From assembly GCA_963749705.1 (NCBI GenBank), contig CAVVNQ010000008.1:224001-288000 (forward strand): 64,000 nucleotides of DNA, given 5' to 3'. Position numbers and translations under genes: made by a program. This document shows positions 9,662 to 18,940 of this stretch, piece after piece. The notes beneath the pieces were generated by a model. It was not told where the DNA came from and did no database searches. It saw nothing but the letters and a program-made list of their open reading frames with translations. Source of the DNA: an uncultured Chloroflexia bacterium. Its GTDB lineage: Bacteria > Chloroflexota > Limnocylindria > Limnocylindrales > CSP1-4. Position 1 is the first letter of the stretch, and every line of letters begins with the position of its first letter.

Positions 9662-11212
9662 CTAACCGTCCGCGATCGGCCCCACCTGGGTCGGGATCAC
9701 GCCCGGGCCGACGACGACGAACACGCGCACCGCCGGCGCGCTGCCGAGGGCAGCGAACGAGCCGTCGACATCGTCGCGGACGTCAAGGACCATGGCCCAC
9801 ACGCCGGGCGTCTCGGGCACGGTGACCTGGCCATCCAGCTCCGAGCGGCCGCCGGGCGCCAGCGGGACCACGCCGAGGCTGACGTCCGGAGGAGGGGTGG
9901 GGTCGGCCGCGACCGGATCATCGACGGCCGTGCCGCCCGGCAGCGCATCCGCCCGGACGCTGATCGGGATCCACCGGGCGACCACGTGCGTGTTCCGCCG
10001 CACCGGCAGCTGCGTGCTCGCCGCGATCGTGAGCGGGCCCTCCGCCCAGGTCGCGCTGCCGATGTTCGCGACCGTCAGCGCCACGTTGACCGCGGAACCG
10101 GCGATCACGGTCGTGTCCGCGGCCTGCAGGTCGAGGGCTGCGTGCCGGTCACCGGGAACGAACACGGCGAACGGCCCGGACCGGGCCACGACGTGGCCGA
10201 ACCGGCGGTCCTTGAGCGTCGTTGTCGCCGCGTACGCGCCGGCGTCGAGCGGCAGGGGCGTGACCGCCCGGAGCGTCCGCTCCGAGACGCTGGCGACGGG
10301 TCGCGCCGGGAGATCGCTGGACCCGAGCTGCGCCACCGGCGCGGCTGAGGTCGCGGCAAGCACGAGCGGGTCCGGATCGACGGAGAACCGCGTCGTGACG
10401 TCGGCACCCGGGAACCGCCACCCATCGGGCGTCCTGATCCCCCAGCTCACCTCGAGGGTCCGCGGCGTCTGCGTGGCGATCGCGGTCCCGACGACGACGC
10501 CGGTGAACGGCGCGGGCTTCGCGATCGGCGTGACCGCGACCGACAGCACGCCGGCCCGCGTGGTCCAGGCGTAGGCCTTGAGGGCCTTGACGCTGATCCA
10601 CTCCCCCGCCCAGTCTCCCCGCCCCAGCGGATCCATCAGCCACACGCGACCGCGCTTGCGGTCGTATCGCTCGATGTAGACGGCGTGGTTGTCGCCCTCG
10701 TCGGTTGCCCGCCAGAACGGCGGATCCCAGCGCCCGTACCAGCGGGGAAGCTTCGAGTCGTCGCCCAGCAGGACGGCGCCGGCGCCGTGCTCGAGGCGGC
10801 TGAGGAGCGTCCGCCAGGTGATGGTCGCGCCGCCGTCGGGCGAATACGCGAGCGCGATCCCGAGCTTCGCGTACGCGGTGCGCAGGTCCGCAAGCGTCGA
10901 TCCGCCGTGGGTGTCGCCGGACAGCCGGCGCAACGCCTGGCGCGAGACGACATCCCTGCCGTTGGTCCACTTGTCGAGGAGCATCGCGCCGGACGCCCAC
11001 AGGCAGTCCTGCCACGGGCGGGTGTCGGTCTCGGTCACGAACGCAGGGTGATACCCGGGCAGGGGCTGCGGCGGGTCCAGCGCGGCCGCCGGACCGGCAC
11101 CGGCCGCGAGGAGCGTGGACGCGGCGAGCCATGCGGCGGCGAGCGTGCGGACGAGGGTGGGTCGGATGGGCATTGGGGCCGTGGCTGGGGCGGTCTGTGC
11201 GACACCGGTCAC
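9662..11212 (-). CDS. secreted papain-like (C39-like) peptidase-domain protein with C-terminal Ig-like domain
   Basis: Signal peptide (AAA|LD), QDCLWAS Cys, NHAVYI His, LMDPL Asp; NIGSATW..VPETPG Ig-like C-terminus; start uncertain. Confidence 0.65.
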   Translation of the reverse strand: MTGVAQTAPATAPMPIRPTLVRTLAAAWLAASTLLAAGAGPAAALDPPQPLPGYHPAFVTETDTRPWQDCLWASGAMLLDKWTNGRDVVSRQALRRLSGDTHGGSTLADLRTAYAKLGIALAYSPDGGATITWRTLLSRLEHGAGAVLLGDDSKLPRWYGRWDPPFWRATDEGDNHAVYIERYDRKRGRVWLMDPLGRGDWAGEWISVKALKAYAWTTRAGVLSVAVTPIAKPAPFTGVVVGTAIATQTPRTLEVSWGIRTPDGWRFPGADVTTRFSVDPDPLVLAATSAAPVAQLGSSDLPARPVASVSERTLRAVTPLPLDAGAYAATTTLKDRRFGHVVARSGPFAVFVPGDRHAALDLQAADTTVIAGSAVNVALTVANIGSATWAEGPLTIAASTQLPVRRNTHVVARWIPISVRADALPGGTAVDDPVAADPTPPPDVSLGVVPLAPGGRSELDGQVTVPETPGVWAMVLDVRDDVDGSFAALGSAPAVRVFVVVGPGVIPTQVGPIADG

Positions 11213-11345
11213 GCGCCGGGATACCGAGAACCGCGGGGAGTGGCTTCAGCGTCGCGTGGGTCGCTCGGCCGGGCCATGGATCGGCGGTCAGGGGGCCGGT
11301 CCGACGATGGTCCGGTCCACCGGGCCCGAATGCTCGCTCGGTTGC

Positions 11346-11858
11346 TCAGTCCGGGGCGGCATCCCGGGGCGGCGCGGGGTTCGCCAGACCGTCGATGACG
11401 TCGACATTGGGGAGCGACCGCAGGATCGATGGCGGCGCGATCACCTTCCAGCTCCGGCTGCCACCACCGAGGACGATCCGCTGGCGGGCCATGACCGCGG
11501 CATCGACCCAGACGGGAAGGTCGGCGGGCAGGCCGAACACGGTCACACCCCCGATCTCGTGGCCCGTCAACGCCCGCGTCTCGTCCGGCGAGGCGAACGA
11601 CGACTTGCGCCCGAACCGCTGCTTGATCGCGTGGTTGACGTCGAGGCGGTGCGTGGCCAGCACCACGCACGCGGCGAAGGCGGGCGGGCTTCCCTTGCCC
11701 ACGACGATGATCGTGTTCGCCGAATCCTCGGGCGCGAACCCGTAGGCGGCGCAGAACGCGGCCGTGTCGGCGAGCGCCGGGTCGCACGGGAACAGCTCGT
11801 ACTCGCCGTGGCCGGCGAGGGCGGCCTCGAGCGCGTCGCGTTCCGGATCGGTGGTCAT
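11346..11858 (-). CDS. YbaK/EbsC family aminoacyl-tRNA editing protein
   Basis: FASPDETRALTGHEIGGVTVFG, GGGSRS. Confidence 0.85.
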   Translation of the reverse strand: MTTDPERDALEAALAGHGEYELFPCDPALADTAAFCAAYGFAPEDSANTIIVVGKGSPPAFAACVVLATHRLDVNHAIKQRFGRKSSFASPDETRALTGHEIGGVTVFGLPADLPVWVDAAVMARQRIVLGGGSRSWKVIAPPSILRSLPNVDVIDGLANPAPPRDAAPD

Positions 11859-12409
11859 GCCCGAAACGCTACCGTCTGCGGCGCGGTGGCGCCGGCATCG
11901 CCCGGCTCGGGTGAGACGCCGGCCGGCTTGGGGGAGACGGCGGCCGGAACGGGCGATGCACCAGCGTCGACCGGCTCGAGGGCGTCCAGCCGGTAGAACC
12001 GGCCCACGGCGCGCACGTTGCCCCGGAACAGCCAGTACAGGACCGTCCCCGGAAACGGGTGCTGTCGGAACGTGGCCCGGATGACGGCCTCGCGCTCCGG
12101 GCCGGGCGGCAGCAACGTGGCGTCGAACCGGAACCGGCGTCCATCGTGATGCTCCAGCTCACCGCCGCCCGCGGCGTCCAGGTTGCTGGTCCAGGCGCAG
12201 GCGACATCGGGGTGGCCGAGATAGCTGCGGTCCCCGACCCGGAGCAGGCCGAGATACAGCGATCGCGGCTTGCCCGAGCGCCGCCCGGTGATCGTCACGC
12301 GGATGACGTTGCCGATGCCCGAGCGGCGCCACTTCCGCGCAAGCAGCCCGTCGGCGCGTGCAAGCCCGCGGTACCAGCGCGGCCAGAAGGCGTGGGCGAC
12401 CCGGGACAT
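11855..12409 (-). CDS. nitroreductase/quinone reductase (deazaflavin-dependent family)-like protein
   Basis: ITGRRSGKPRS and W..NL.A motifs. Confidence 0.6.
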   Translation of the reverse strand: MSRVAHAFWPRWYRGLARADGLLARKWRRSGIGNVIRVTITGRRSGKPRSLYLGLLRVGDRSYLGHPDVACAWTSNLDAAGGGELEHHDGRRFRFDATLLPPGPEREAVIRATFRQHPFPGTVLYWLFRGNVRAVGRFYRLDALEPVDAGASPVPAAVSPKPAGVSPEPGDAGATAPQTVAFRA

Positions 12410-12540
12410 GCCACAGATCGTACCGCCGCGGACCCGGCCATCGGTGGACGCAACCCGGAACGCGATGGACGAGGGCCGCAGGCACGAGCCAAGATGACCG
12501 TCCACGGACCCAGCTGCTCCCCGACCGACCGGAGATCCCG

Positions 12541-14058
12541 ATGACCGACACCCTCGTTCCCGCGATCGACCAGGCGAAGGCCGAGATCGCCGCCCTGTCC
12601 CTGCGGACGCAGCTGTTCATCGATGGCGAGTTCCGGGACGCGCGCGGCGGACGGCGCTATGTGACCCGCAACCCGGCCACCGGCCAGCCCATCGCCGAGG
12701 TCGCCGAGGGCGATGCGTCGGACGTGGACGCGGCCGTCGCGGTGGCCCGACGGGCGGCCGATGACGGTCGGTGGTCGCGGATGAGCCCCGGCGACCGGAA
12801 GCGGATCCTGGTCCGCTGGGCGGACCTGATCGAGGCGGGCGCGCGCGAGCTCGGCCTGATCGAGACGATCGACGCGGGCAAGCCGATCAGCGACACGGTG
12901 GGCCTGGACATGCCCGAGACGGCGGCCTGCATCCGCTGGCACGCGGAGGCCGCCGACAAGCTGTACGGCCAGGTCGCGCCATCGCCCGAGGGCACGGTCG
13001 CGACGATCACCCGCGAGCCGGTGGGCGTGGTGGGCGCCGTGATCCCCTGGAACTACCCGGCCCAGATGGCCGCCTGGAAGCTCGGACCCGCGCTCGCGAC
13101 CGGCAACACCGTGGTCATGAAGCCCGCGTCCAACACCTCGCTCAGCCTGCTCCGGATCGCCGAGCTGGGCGCGGAGGCGGGGATCCCGGACGGCGTGCTC
13201 AACGTGGTCACCGGACCGGGCGACGTCGTGGGCGAAGCGATCGGGCGCCACCCCGACATCGACTGCCTCGCGTTCACCGGCTCCACCGAGGTCGGCCGGC
13301 GCTTCCTCCACTACAGCGCTGACACCAACCTCAAGCGCGTCCTGCTCGAGCTCGGCGGCAAGAGCCCCCAGATCGTGTTCCCGGATGCCGCGGACCTCGC
13401 GTCCGTCGCCGCCAACGTGGCGATCGCGATCTTCTGGAACATGGGCGAGAACTGTTCGGCGGGGTCGCGACTGATCGTCCATCGCTCGGTCAGGGACCGG
13501 CTGCTCGAGGCGGTGGCCGCCGAGCTCGCCGGCTGGCCCGTCGGCGACCCGCTCGACCCGGCCACCCGGATCGGCGCGCTCATCAGCCGCAGCCACATGG
13601 AGACGGTCCTGCGCTACGTGCAGGCGGGTATCGACGAAGGCGCGCGGCTGGTCACCGGCGGGTCGCGGATCCTCGAGGAGACCGGCGGCTGGTTCGTGCC
13701 GCCCACGATCTTCGACGGGGTGCGCAACGACATGACGATCGCGCGCGAGGAGATCTTCGGGCCGGTCCTGTCGGTCATCGAGTTCGACACCGAGGCCGAG
13801 GCCGTCGCGCTGGCCAACGACACCCCCTACGGGCTCGCGTCCTCGCTGTACACCGAGGACCTCAACGTCGCCCACCGCGTGGCGCGCAACCTGCATGCGG
13901 GGGTGGTCGCGGTCAACGCCTACTCCGAGGGCGACATGACGACGCCGTTCGGCGGCTACAAGCTGTCCGGCTTCGGCGGCCACGACAAGTCGGTCCACGC
14001 CCACGACCAGTACACCGAGACCAAGACGATCTGGATCCAGCTGCGCGACGCCGGGTAG
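12541..14058 (+). CDS. aldehyde dehydrogenase (PuuC-like)
   Basis: IPWNYP, FTGSTEVG, LELGGKSP, GENCSAG, EEIFGPV, PFGGYKLSG. Confidence 0.95.
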   Translation: MTDTLVPAIDQAKAEIAALSLRTQLFIDGEFRDARGGRRYVTRNPATGQPIAEVAEGDASDVDAAVAVARRAADDGRWSRMSPGDRKRILVRWADLIEAGARELGLIETIDAGKPISDTVGLDMPETAACIRWHAEAADKLYGQVAPSPEGTVATITREPVGVVGAVIPWNYPAQMAAWKLGPALATGNTVVMKPASNTSLSLLRIAELGAEAGIPDGVLNVVTGPGDVVGEAIGRHPDIDCLAFTGSTEVGRRFLHYSADTNLKRVLLELGGKSPQIVFPDAADLASVAANVAIAIFWNMGENCSAGSRLIVHRSVRDRLLEAVAAELAGWPVGDPLDPATRIGALISRSHMETVLRYVQAGIDEGARLVTGGSRILEETGGWFVPPTIFDGVRNDMTIAREEIFGPVLSVIEFDTEAEAVALANDTPYGLASSLYTEDLNVAHRVARNLHAGVVAVNAYSEGDMTTPFGGYKLSGFGGHDKSVHAHDQYTETKTIWIQLRDAG

Positions 14059-14130
14059 GCCGCGTCGCGACCCGAACGGCCGTCGGGAGACCGGCGCAGG
14101 CGCCGGGCCGCTGCGAGGCCAGCGTGGACG

Positions 14131-14266
14131 CCGGGCCGCCGGCCCTGCGACAACTGGGCAAAGCTGGGTAGACCCGCCTCCATAGGCTGGAGAGGTCTCT
14201 CCCCGAGACCCTGAGGCGCCCGGTCCATCCCCCTGGCCGGGTGCCTCTCGACGCCCCCCGGCCCGG
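14131..14266. ncRNA. candidate structured small RNA with C-rich hairpin loops (6C-like)
   Basis: Hairpins GGTCTC-TCCCC-GAGACC (14194-14210) and GAGGCGCCCGGTCCA-TCCCCC-TGGCCGGGTGCCTC (14213-14247), enclosed by CCGGGCCG/CGGCCCGG. Confidence 0.4.
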
Positions 14267-14294
14267 TCGGCGTGCCGCCTCGACGTGCGCCGCG

Positions 14295-14870
14295 TCAGTG
14301 GTAGGCGGGCGCCCCGAGGATCCCGAACGAGCTGGCCGGCCAGTAGCGCAGGAACGCGCGCCCGATGACGCTTGCCGAATCGATCGGGCCGAACGCGCGC
14401 GAATCCGACGACGCCTCGCGGTGATCCCCCATCACGAACAGCTGGCCGGGTCCCAGCACCCACGAGGACGTGCCCGTCAGCGGCGTGGTCGGGCCGTTCT
14501 GGCCATCCGCGTTGCGGAAGGTGTAGGAGCGCTCGTCAAGCGGCGCGCCGTCGACGTACACGAGCCCGTCATCGCGGATCTCGACCTTGTCGCCCGGCAG
14601 GCCGATCACGCGCTTGACGAACGGCGTGTCGCCCTGGTCCTCCCAGCCCGGCGGCGGCCGGAGCACCACGATGTCGCCGCGATGGTAGGCGTCCCAGCGC
14701 GGCGACAGCTTGTCCACGAGCACGAACTGGCCGGGCTCCAGGGTGTGCTCCATCGAGTTCTGCTCGACCTGGAACGGCTGCGCCACGAACGTCTGGATGA
14801 CGAAGAAGATCACGAGCGTGAGGAGCAGGGTCTCGACCAGCTCGAGGATGAGTCGCCGGGATGGGATCAC
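14295..14870 (-). CDS. lepB: signal peptidase I
   Basis: TM anchor, SMEHTL (catalytic Ser), FVKRVIGLPGD (Lys), MGDHREASSDSRAFG. Confidence 0.92.
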   Translation of the reverse strand: MIPSRRLILELVETLLLTLVIFFVIQTFVAQPFQVEQNSMEHTLEPGQFVLVDKLSPRWDAYHRGDIVVLRPPPGWEDQGDTPFVKRVIGLPGDKVEIRDDGLVYVDGAPLDERSYTFRNADGQNGPTTPLTGTSSWVLGPGQLFVMGDHREASSDSRAFGPIDSASVIGRAFLRYWPASSFGILGAPAYH

Positions 14871-14983
14871 CGGTGAAGTATGGCGGGGAACGGCGGAACA
14901 GGCGGAGCGGCGACACCCGAGGACGGCATCCGCGGCCACCCTGCCCGAACCTGCTCCACAATGCATGGTGACAGGAGGCACGC

Positions 14984-15433
14984 ATGGCCGACATCGCGAT
15001 CGAGGTTCTGCCCCAGCCGCGGATCGATACCCTGGTCACCGACGCGGCGACCGGCGCCCAGCGGCGGCGCACCGAGTACAGCGGCACGGTCTGGTTCGGT
15101 GGACGTCCGCAGGTCACCGGCTTCGGGTCGATCACGCTCGCAACCATGGCCGTGATCGACCGTCCCCTGTTCCTCCCCGACAGCCTCCCCTACCGCCCCG
15201 ATCCGCTCAACGACGCGCTGGTGGTGTGCAGCGTTGCGATCCAGGGTTCGATGGACGAGCCCCACCACGTCCTCGAATGCCGCGCCGGCCTGGTCCCGGA
15301 CCCGCGCAACGCGGCCGTCAGCTGGATCCAGCTCCAGGTCGCGGCACGAGCCAGGACGCCGTTCGCGATCAGCTACCGGGTCACGGTGGTCGTCGCCCTC
15401 AACGCCCTGCTCGAGACGGGCTCGGGATCGTGA
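14984..15433 (+). CDS. hypothetical protein
   Basis: AGGAGG RBS; stop overlaps next GTG. Confidence 0.7.
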   Translation: MADIAIEVLPQPRIDTLVTDAATGAQRRRTEYSGTVWFGGRPQVTGFGSITLATMAVIDRPLFLPDSLPYRPDPLNDALVVCSVAIQGSMDEPHHVLECRAGLVPDPRNAAVSWIQLQVAARARTPFAISYRVTVVVALNALLETGSGS

Positions 15434-16125
15434 TCGACTTCAGCCGCTTCGATGTCCTGACCTTCGACTGCTACGGCACCCTCATCGACTGGGAGGCCGG
15501 GATCCTGGCCGCGCTGCGGGCGGCGCTCGACGCGCACGGTGTCACGGCCGGAGACGATGACCTCCTCGGCCGGTACGCGGTCCACGAGGCCGAGATCGAG
15601 CACGGCCCGTATTTGCGCTACCGGGAGGTCCTGTCGCGCGGCATGACCGCCGTGTGCCGCGAGCTGGGCGTCGAGCCCGACGCGGACGAGATCGCCGCGT
15701 TCGGTGGATCCGTCGCCGACTGGCCCGCCTTTCCCGATTCGGCGGACGCGCTCGCCCGGCTCCACCGCCGGTTCAAGCTCGCGGTGATCACGAACTGCGA
15801 CGACGACCTGTTCGCGGCGTCGAACCGCCGGCTTGGCGATGTGTTCGACTTCGTGATCACGGCGCAGCAGGCCGGCAGCTACAAGCCCGACCATCGCAGC
15901 TTCGAGATCGCGTTCGAGCGGATCGACCGCCCCCGGAGCCGGATCCTCCACGTGGCGCAGAGCCTGTTCCACGACCATGTGCCCGCCAGGCAGCTGGGGC
16001 TGACCTCGGTGTGGGTCGATCGCCGCCACGACCGGCCGGGGAGCGGCGCCACGCCGCCCGCGGAGGCCGCGCCGGACCTCACCGTCCCCGACATGGACAC
16101 GCTCGCGACGCTCGCGACCGCGTGA
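15430..16125 (+). CDS. haloacid dehalogenase type II (HAD family)
   Basis: TFDCYGTLIDWE, SYKPD, LHVAQSLFHDHVPA. Confidence 0.92.
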   Translation: MIDFSRFDVLTFDCYGTLIDWEAGILAALRAALDAHGVTAGDDDLLGRYAVHEAEIEHGPYLRYREVLSRGMTAVCRELGVEPDADEIAAFGGSVADWPAFPDSADALARLHRRFKLAVITNCDDDLFAASNRRLGDVFDFVITAQQAGSYKPDHRSFEIAFERIDRPRSRILHVAQSLFHDHVPARQLGLTSVWVDRRHDRPGSGATPPAEAAPDLTVPDMDTLATLATA

Positions 16126-16149
16126 ACCCGGCTCAGTGACCGCGCCGAC

Positions 16150-16851
16150 ATGACAGCAGAGCACATCGCGGATCCGCCGCCCGCGCAACGGGCAACCACC
16201 ACGCGTGCGGGCATCCTCGCCGGGATCGCGGCACCCGTGATCTCGTGGGGGCTGAGCGTCATCGTCATCGCCGGCTGGCCCGGCTACGACCCGATCGCGC
16301 AGTCAATCAGCCTGCTCGCGACCGCGCCGCTCGGATGGCTGCAGACCGTGGCGTTCGGGATCAGCGGGCTCCTCGGCGCCGCGTGGGCCATCGGGGTGTC
16401 GAGCGTGCTGGGCCGGACGGCGCGTCAGCGGGCGCTCGTGCGCGGCCTGCTCCTGGTCCAGGCCGCGATCGCATTCGGGTTCGCGGTGCTGCCGACCGAT
16501 CGCGCCGGAGTGCCCACGACCACGATCGGATCGCTCCACCTGCTCGACTTCTACCTGTACTCGATCACGATGCCGCTGACGCTGGTTGCCCTCGGGCTCG
16601 TGATGCGACGTGACCCGCGCTGGCACGGGGCGGCCGGGCCGACGCTCGCGGCCGCGGGCCTGGTCGTGCTTGCGACCGTGCTCGTGCCGGCCACGGTGGA
16701 CGGGCCGCTCACGCCCTGGCTGGGCCTGCTCGAGCGGCTGTACGTCGCGATCCCGTCCGCGTGGCAGGTCGGGGCCGGGATCGTCGCCTGGCGGCTGTCG
16801 TCCGGCCCCACGGCTGGCGCTCGCGACCAGGCCCTCCCCGTCCGTCGCTGA
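16150..16851 (+). CDS. DUF998 family membrane protein
   Basis: PGYDPIAQSISLLA, PTD..H, GLLER. Confidence 0.75.
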   Translation: MTAEHIADPPPAQRATTTRAGILAGIAAPVISWGLSVIVIAGWPGYDPIAQSISLLATAPLGWLQTVAFGISGLLGAAWAIGVSSVLGRTARQRALVRGLLLVQAAIAFGFAVLPTDRAGVPTTTIGSLHLLDFYLYSITMPLTLVALGLVMRRDPRWHGAAGPTLAAAGLVVLATVLVPATVDGPLTPWLGLLERLYVAIPSAWQVGAGIVAWRLSSGPTAGARDQALPVRR

Positions 16852-16875
16852 AACCGCCTCCGCGGGATCGACGTA
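16850..16875 (+). promoter_or_regulatory. ECF-sigma-type promoter GAAAC-N17-CGTA
   Basis: Same spacing and sequence as 38581-38606; upstream of secreted protein gene. Confidence 0.45.
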
Positions 16876-16915
16876 TCCAGGCCTGCCGGGGGAACGAGAC
16901 AGCTGGAGGACCTGG

Positions 16916-17170
16916 ATGAAGCGACTCGCGATCAGCCTTGGACTTGCCCTCGCACTCGCCCTGCCGGGCTCGGCACTCGCCTTCCACCACACCGGGCTGC
17001 CGGCGACCTTCTGCCACGCCGCGGCCGCGGGAAGCCCGTCCAACGACAACGGGATGGCCAAGGAGGCGCTCCTCGCGCACAACCCGCAGGGCCTTCCCCT
17101 GCCACCGGTCGGCACGCCCGGCCAGGGCCAGGGTGAGGGCGGCGAGCACTGCGCCAACGCCACCGACTGA
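16916..17170 (+). CDS. small secreted protein
   Basis: GGAGG RBS; MKRLAISLGLALALALPGSALA signal peptide; two Cys. Confidence 0.75.
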   Translation: MKRLAISLGLALALALPGSALAFHHTGLPATFCHAAAAGSPSNDNGMAKEALLAHNPQGLPLPPVGTPGQGQGEGGEHCANATD

Positions 17171-17258
17171 ACATCCCTCCGCTCCCGGCGGACCGAGCCG
17201 GACCCCTCAGGCCCGGTCCGCCGGCCTGCACCTGGGCGTGGCGGCGCCCCTGCCGACC

Positions 17259-18500
17259 CTAGCCCTTGATCGCCCGAAGTCGCTTGCGCAGGGCGACCTG
17301 TGGCACCGCGGCAACATCGATCCGGCGCGCGCCGAGGAAGCGGATGAACCGCTGCATGCCCATGGCCAGCGCCTCGACGAATGCGGCATCTGCCGCAAGG
17401 GCCGGATCCTCGAGCCACAGGCCGAGGATCCGGAGCGTGCCGGTCGCACGGTCCAGCTTGGGGTCGAACCGGCCGACCAGTCGATCGCCCCACAGGATCG
17501 GGAGCACGTAGTAGCCGAAGCGCCGCTTCGCCGCCGGCACGTACACCTCCCAGGTGTAGTCGAACCCGAACAGCGGCCTGGCACGACCGCGCGCCGAGAC
17601 CGGGTCGAGCGGCGACAGGAACACGGCCTCCTGCTCGGAGGTGGTGTCGATGGCGGTCCACGCCTGCGGCACGCGACCCGCCTCGAGCTCCTCGAGCAGC
17701 GGGGCATCGGTGGCGACCGCCAGCCGGGTCGTCCGCCAGCCCTCCACCCTGACCTCGATCGCGAGGTTCGCGTCGATCCAGCGCTGCTGCCGGTCCTGGA
17801 GCTCGCCCTTGGGCACCTCGCGCCGCAGGAACCAGTTGACGCCGGTGAGCCGGGCCAGGCCGTCCGCCGCCACCTCCTTGCGCAGGAGCACGTCATCGGC
17901 CTCCTCCGCCGGCACGTCGCGGAGCGCCTCGGGCGGCGCGATGGCCTCCGTGATCGCGTACACGCGCTCGAACCGCTCGCGCCGGCTGACCATCGCCTCG
18001 CCCGTTCGCCACAGGTAGTGGAGCGCCAGCGCGCTGTCCTTTCGACCGCGATAGCTGTCCACGCGAGTCCGGTCGCGCATCTCGAAGTCCCGGTTCGAGA
18101 CCTCGCGCCCGGAGCGAAGGATCCTGCGCATCTCCTCGATCGCGTCCGGGTGCTCGCGGGCGATCTGCGCCATCTGTCCCTGGCCGCCCTCGCGTCGCAT
18201 CAGGACCCGCCACCACGGCAGCTCGTCCATCGGCCGCACGGCCAGCCAGCCGCCCCATTCGAAGAACCGGCGCTGCTCGTAGGTCAGCCGGGCCCAGTCG
18301 TCGACCTCGTAGTCGACGACGCGGCTGGCGAGCATGAGATCGTGGGCACGGGCGACGACGACCAGCGGGTCGAGCTGGAGGTGCTCCATCGTCCGCATCG
18401 CCGACGCGGCGCCCTCGAGTCCCTGCCACCGGCGGCCCGGCCACAGGCCCTGCCGGCCCATGACGTACCGGCGCGCGGTCACGGCCGAGATCTCAAGCAT
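17259..18500 (-). CDS. YcaQ/AlkZ-like crosslink-repair DNA glycosylase (winged helix)
   Basis: LQLDPLVVVARAHDL, FLSPLDPV, FDYTWEVYVPAAKRRFGYYVLPILWGD. Confidence 0.9.
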   Translation of the reverse strand: MLEISAVTARRYVMGRQGLWPGRRWQGLEGAASAMRTMEHLQLDPLVVVARAHDLMLASRVVDYEVDDWARLTYEQRRFFEWGGWLAVRPMDELPWWRVLMRREGGQGQMAQIAREHPDAIEEMRRILRSGREVSNRDFEMRDRTRVDSYRGRKDSALALHYLWRTGEAMVSRRERFERVYAITEAIAPPEALRDVPAEEADDVLLRKEVAADGLARLTGVNWFLRREVPKGELQDRQQRWIDANLAIEVRVEGWRTTRLAVATDAPLLEELEAGRVPQAWTAIDTTSEQEAVFLSPLDPVSARGRARPLFGFDYTWEVYVPAAKRRFGYYVLPILWGDRLVGRFDPKLDRATGTLRILGLWLEDPALAADAAFVEALAMGMQRFIRFLGARRIDVAAVPQVALRKRLRAIKG

Positions 18501-18729
18501 GTCGCATCCGCGTGATCGTACGAGGTCTGCTCGCGGCGGTGGCGAGGCAGATCCCGGCCCACCCCCGCCCAAGGCTCGCCGGACCACATGACGGACCGTC
18601 ATGACAGCCGCGTGGCCCGGGCACATCCTTCCGCGGTCGAATCCGCGCGTGGCCCTGGAGCAGCGGGGGCGGCCGGTCCCTGAACACTACGTTCGGGCGG
18701 TCGCGCCAATCCCTCCGGCGGGTCGTCAA

Positions 18730-18748
18730 AATACCCCCGGCGGGTATT
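18730..18748. promoter_or_regulatory. palindrome AATACCC-N5-GGGTATT (CsoR/RicR-like operator)
   Basis: Perfect 7-bp arms with C/G tracts, upstream of sigma factor promoter. Confidence 0.5.
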
Positions 18749-18759
18749 GACTTGGGGGG

Positions 18760-18788
18760 TTGTCAGCGGTGCGAGAATGGCCTAGACT
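18760..18788 (+). promoter_or_regulatory. sigma70-type promoter TTGTCA-N17-TAGACT
   Basis: Near-consensus hexamers with 17-bp spacer in AT-richer intergenic DNA. Confidence 0.6.
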
Positions 18789-18798
18789 TCTAATCCAA

Positions 18799-18821
18799 GG
18801 CGTGTCAAGACTTGACACGCC
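18799..18821. promoter_or_regulatory. perfect palindrome GGCGTGTCAAG-A-CTTGACACGCC (operator or 5' hairpin)
   Basis: 11-bp perfect arms just downstream of predicted start site. Confidence 0.55.
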
Positions 18822-18940
18822 CTCACGTGTGTCCGCTGGCGTGGATTGGACATACGGTTTCGGCCCTCGGGCCCGGCGATTGAACGGCGAACCCACAGGC
18901 AGTTGCACGGCGTGGTGCGGCGCCTGACACCAGGAGCAAT

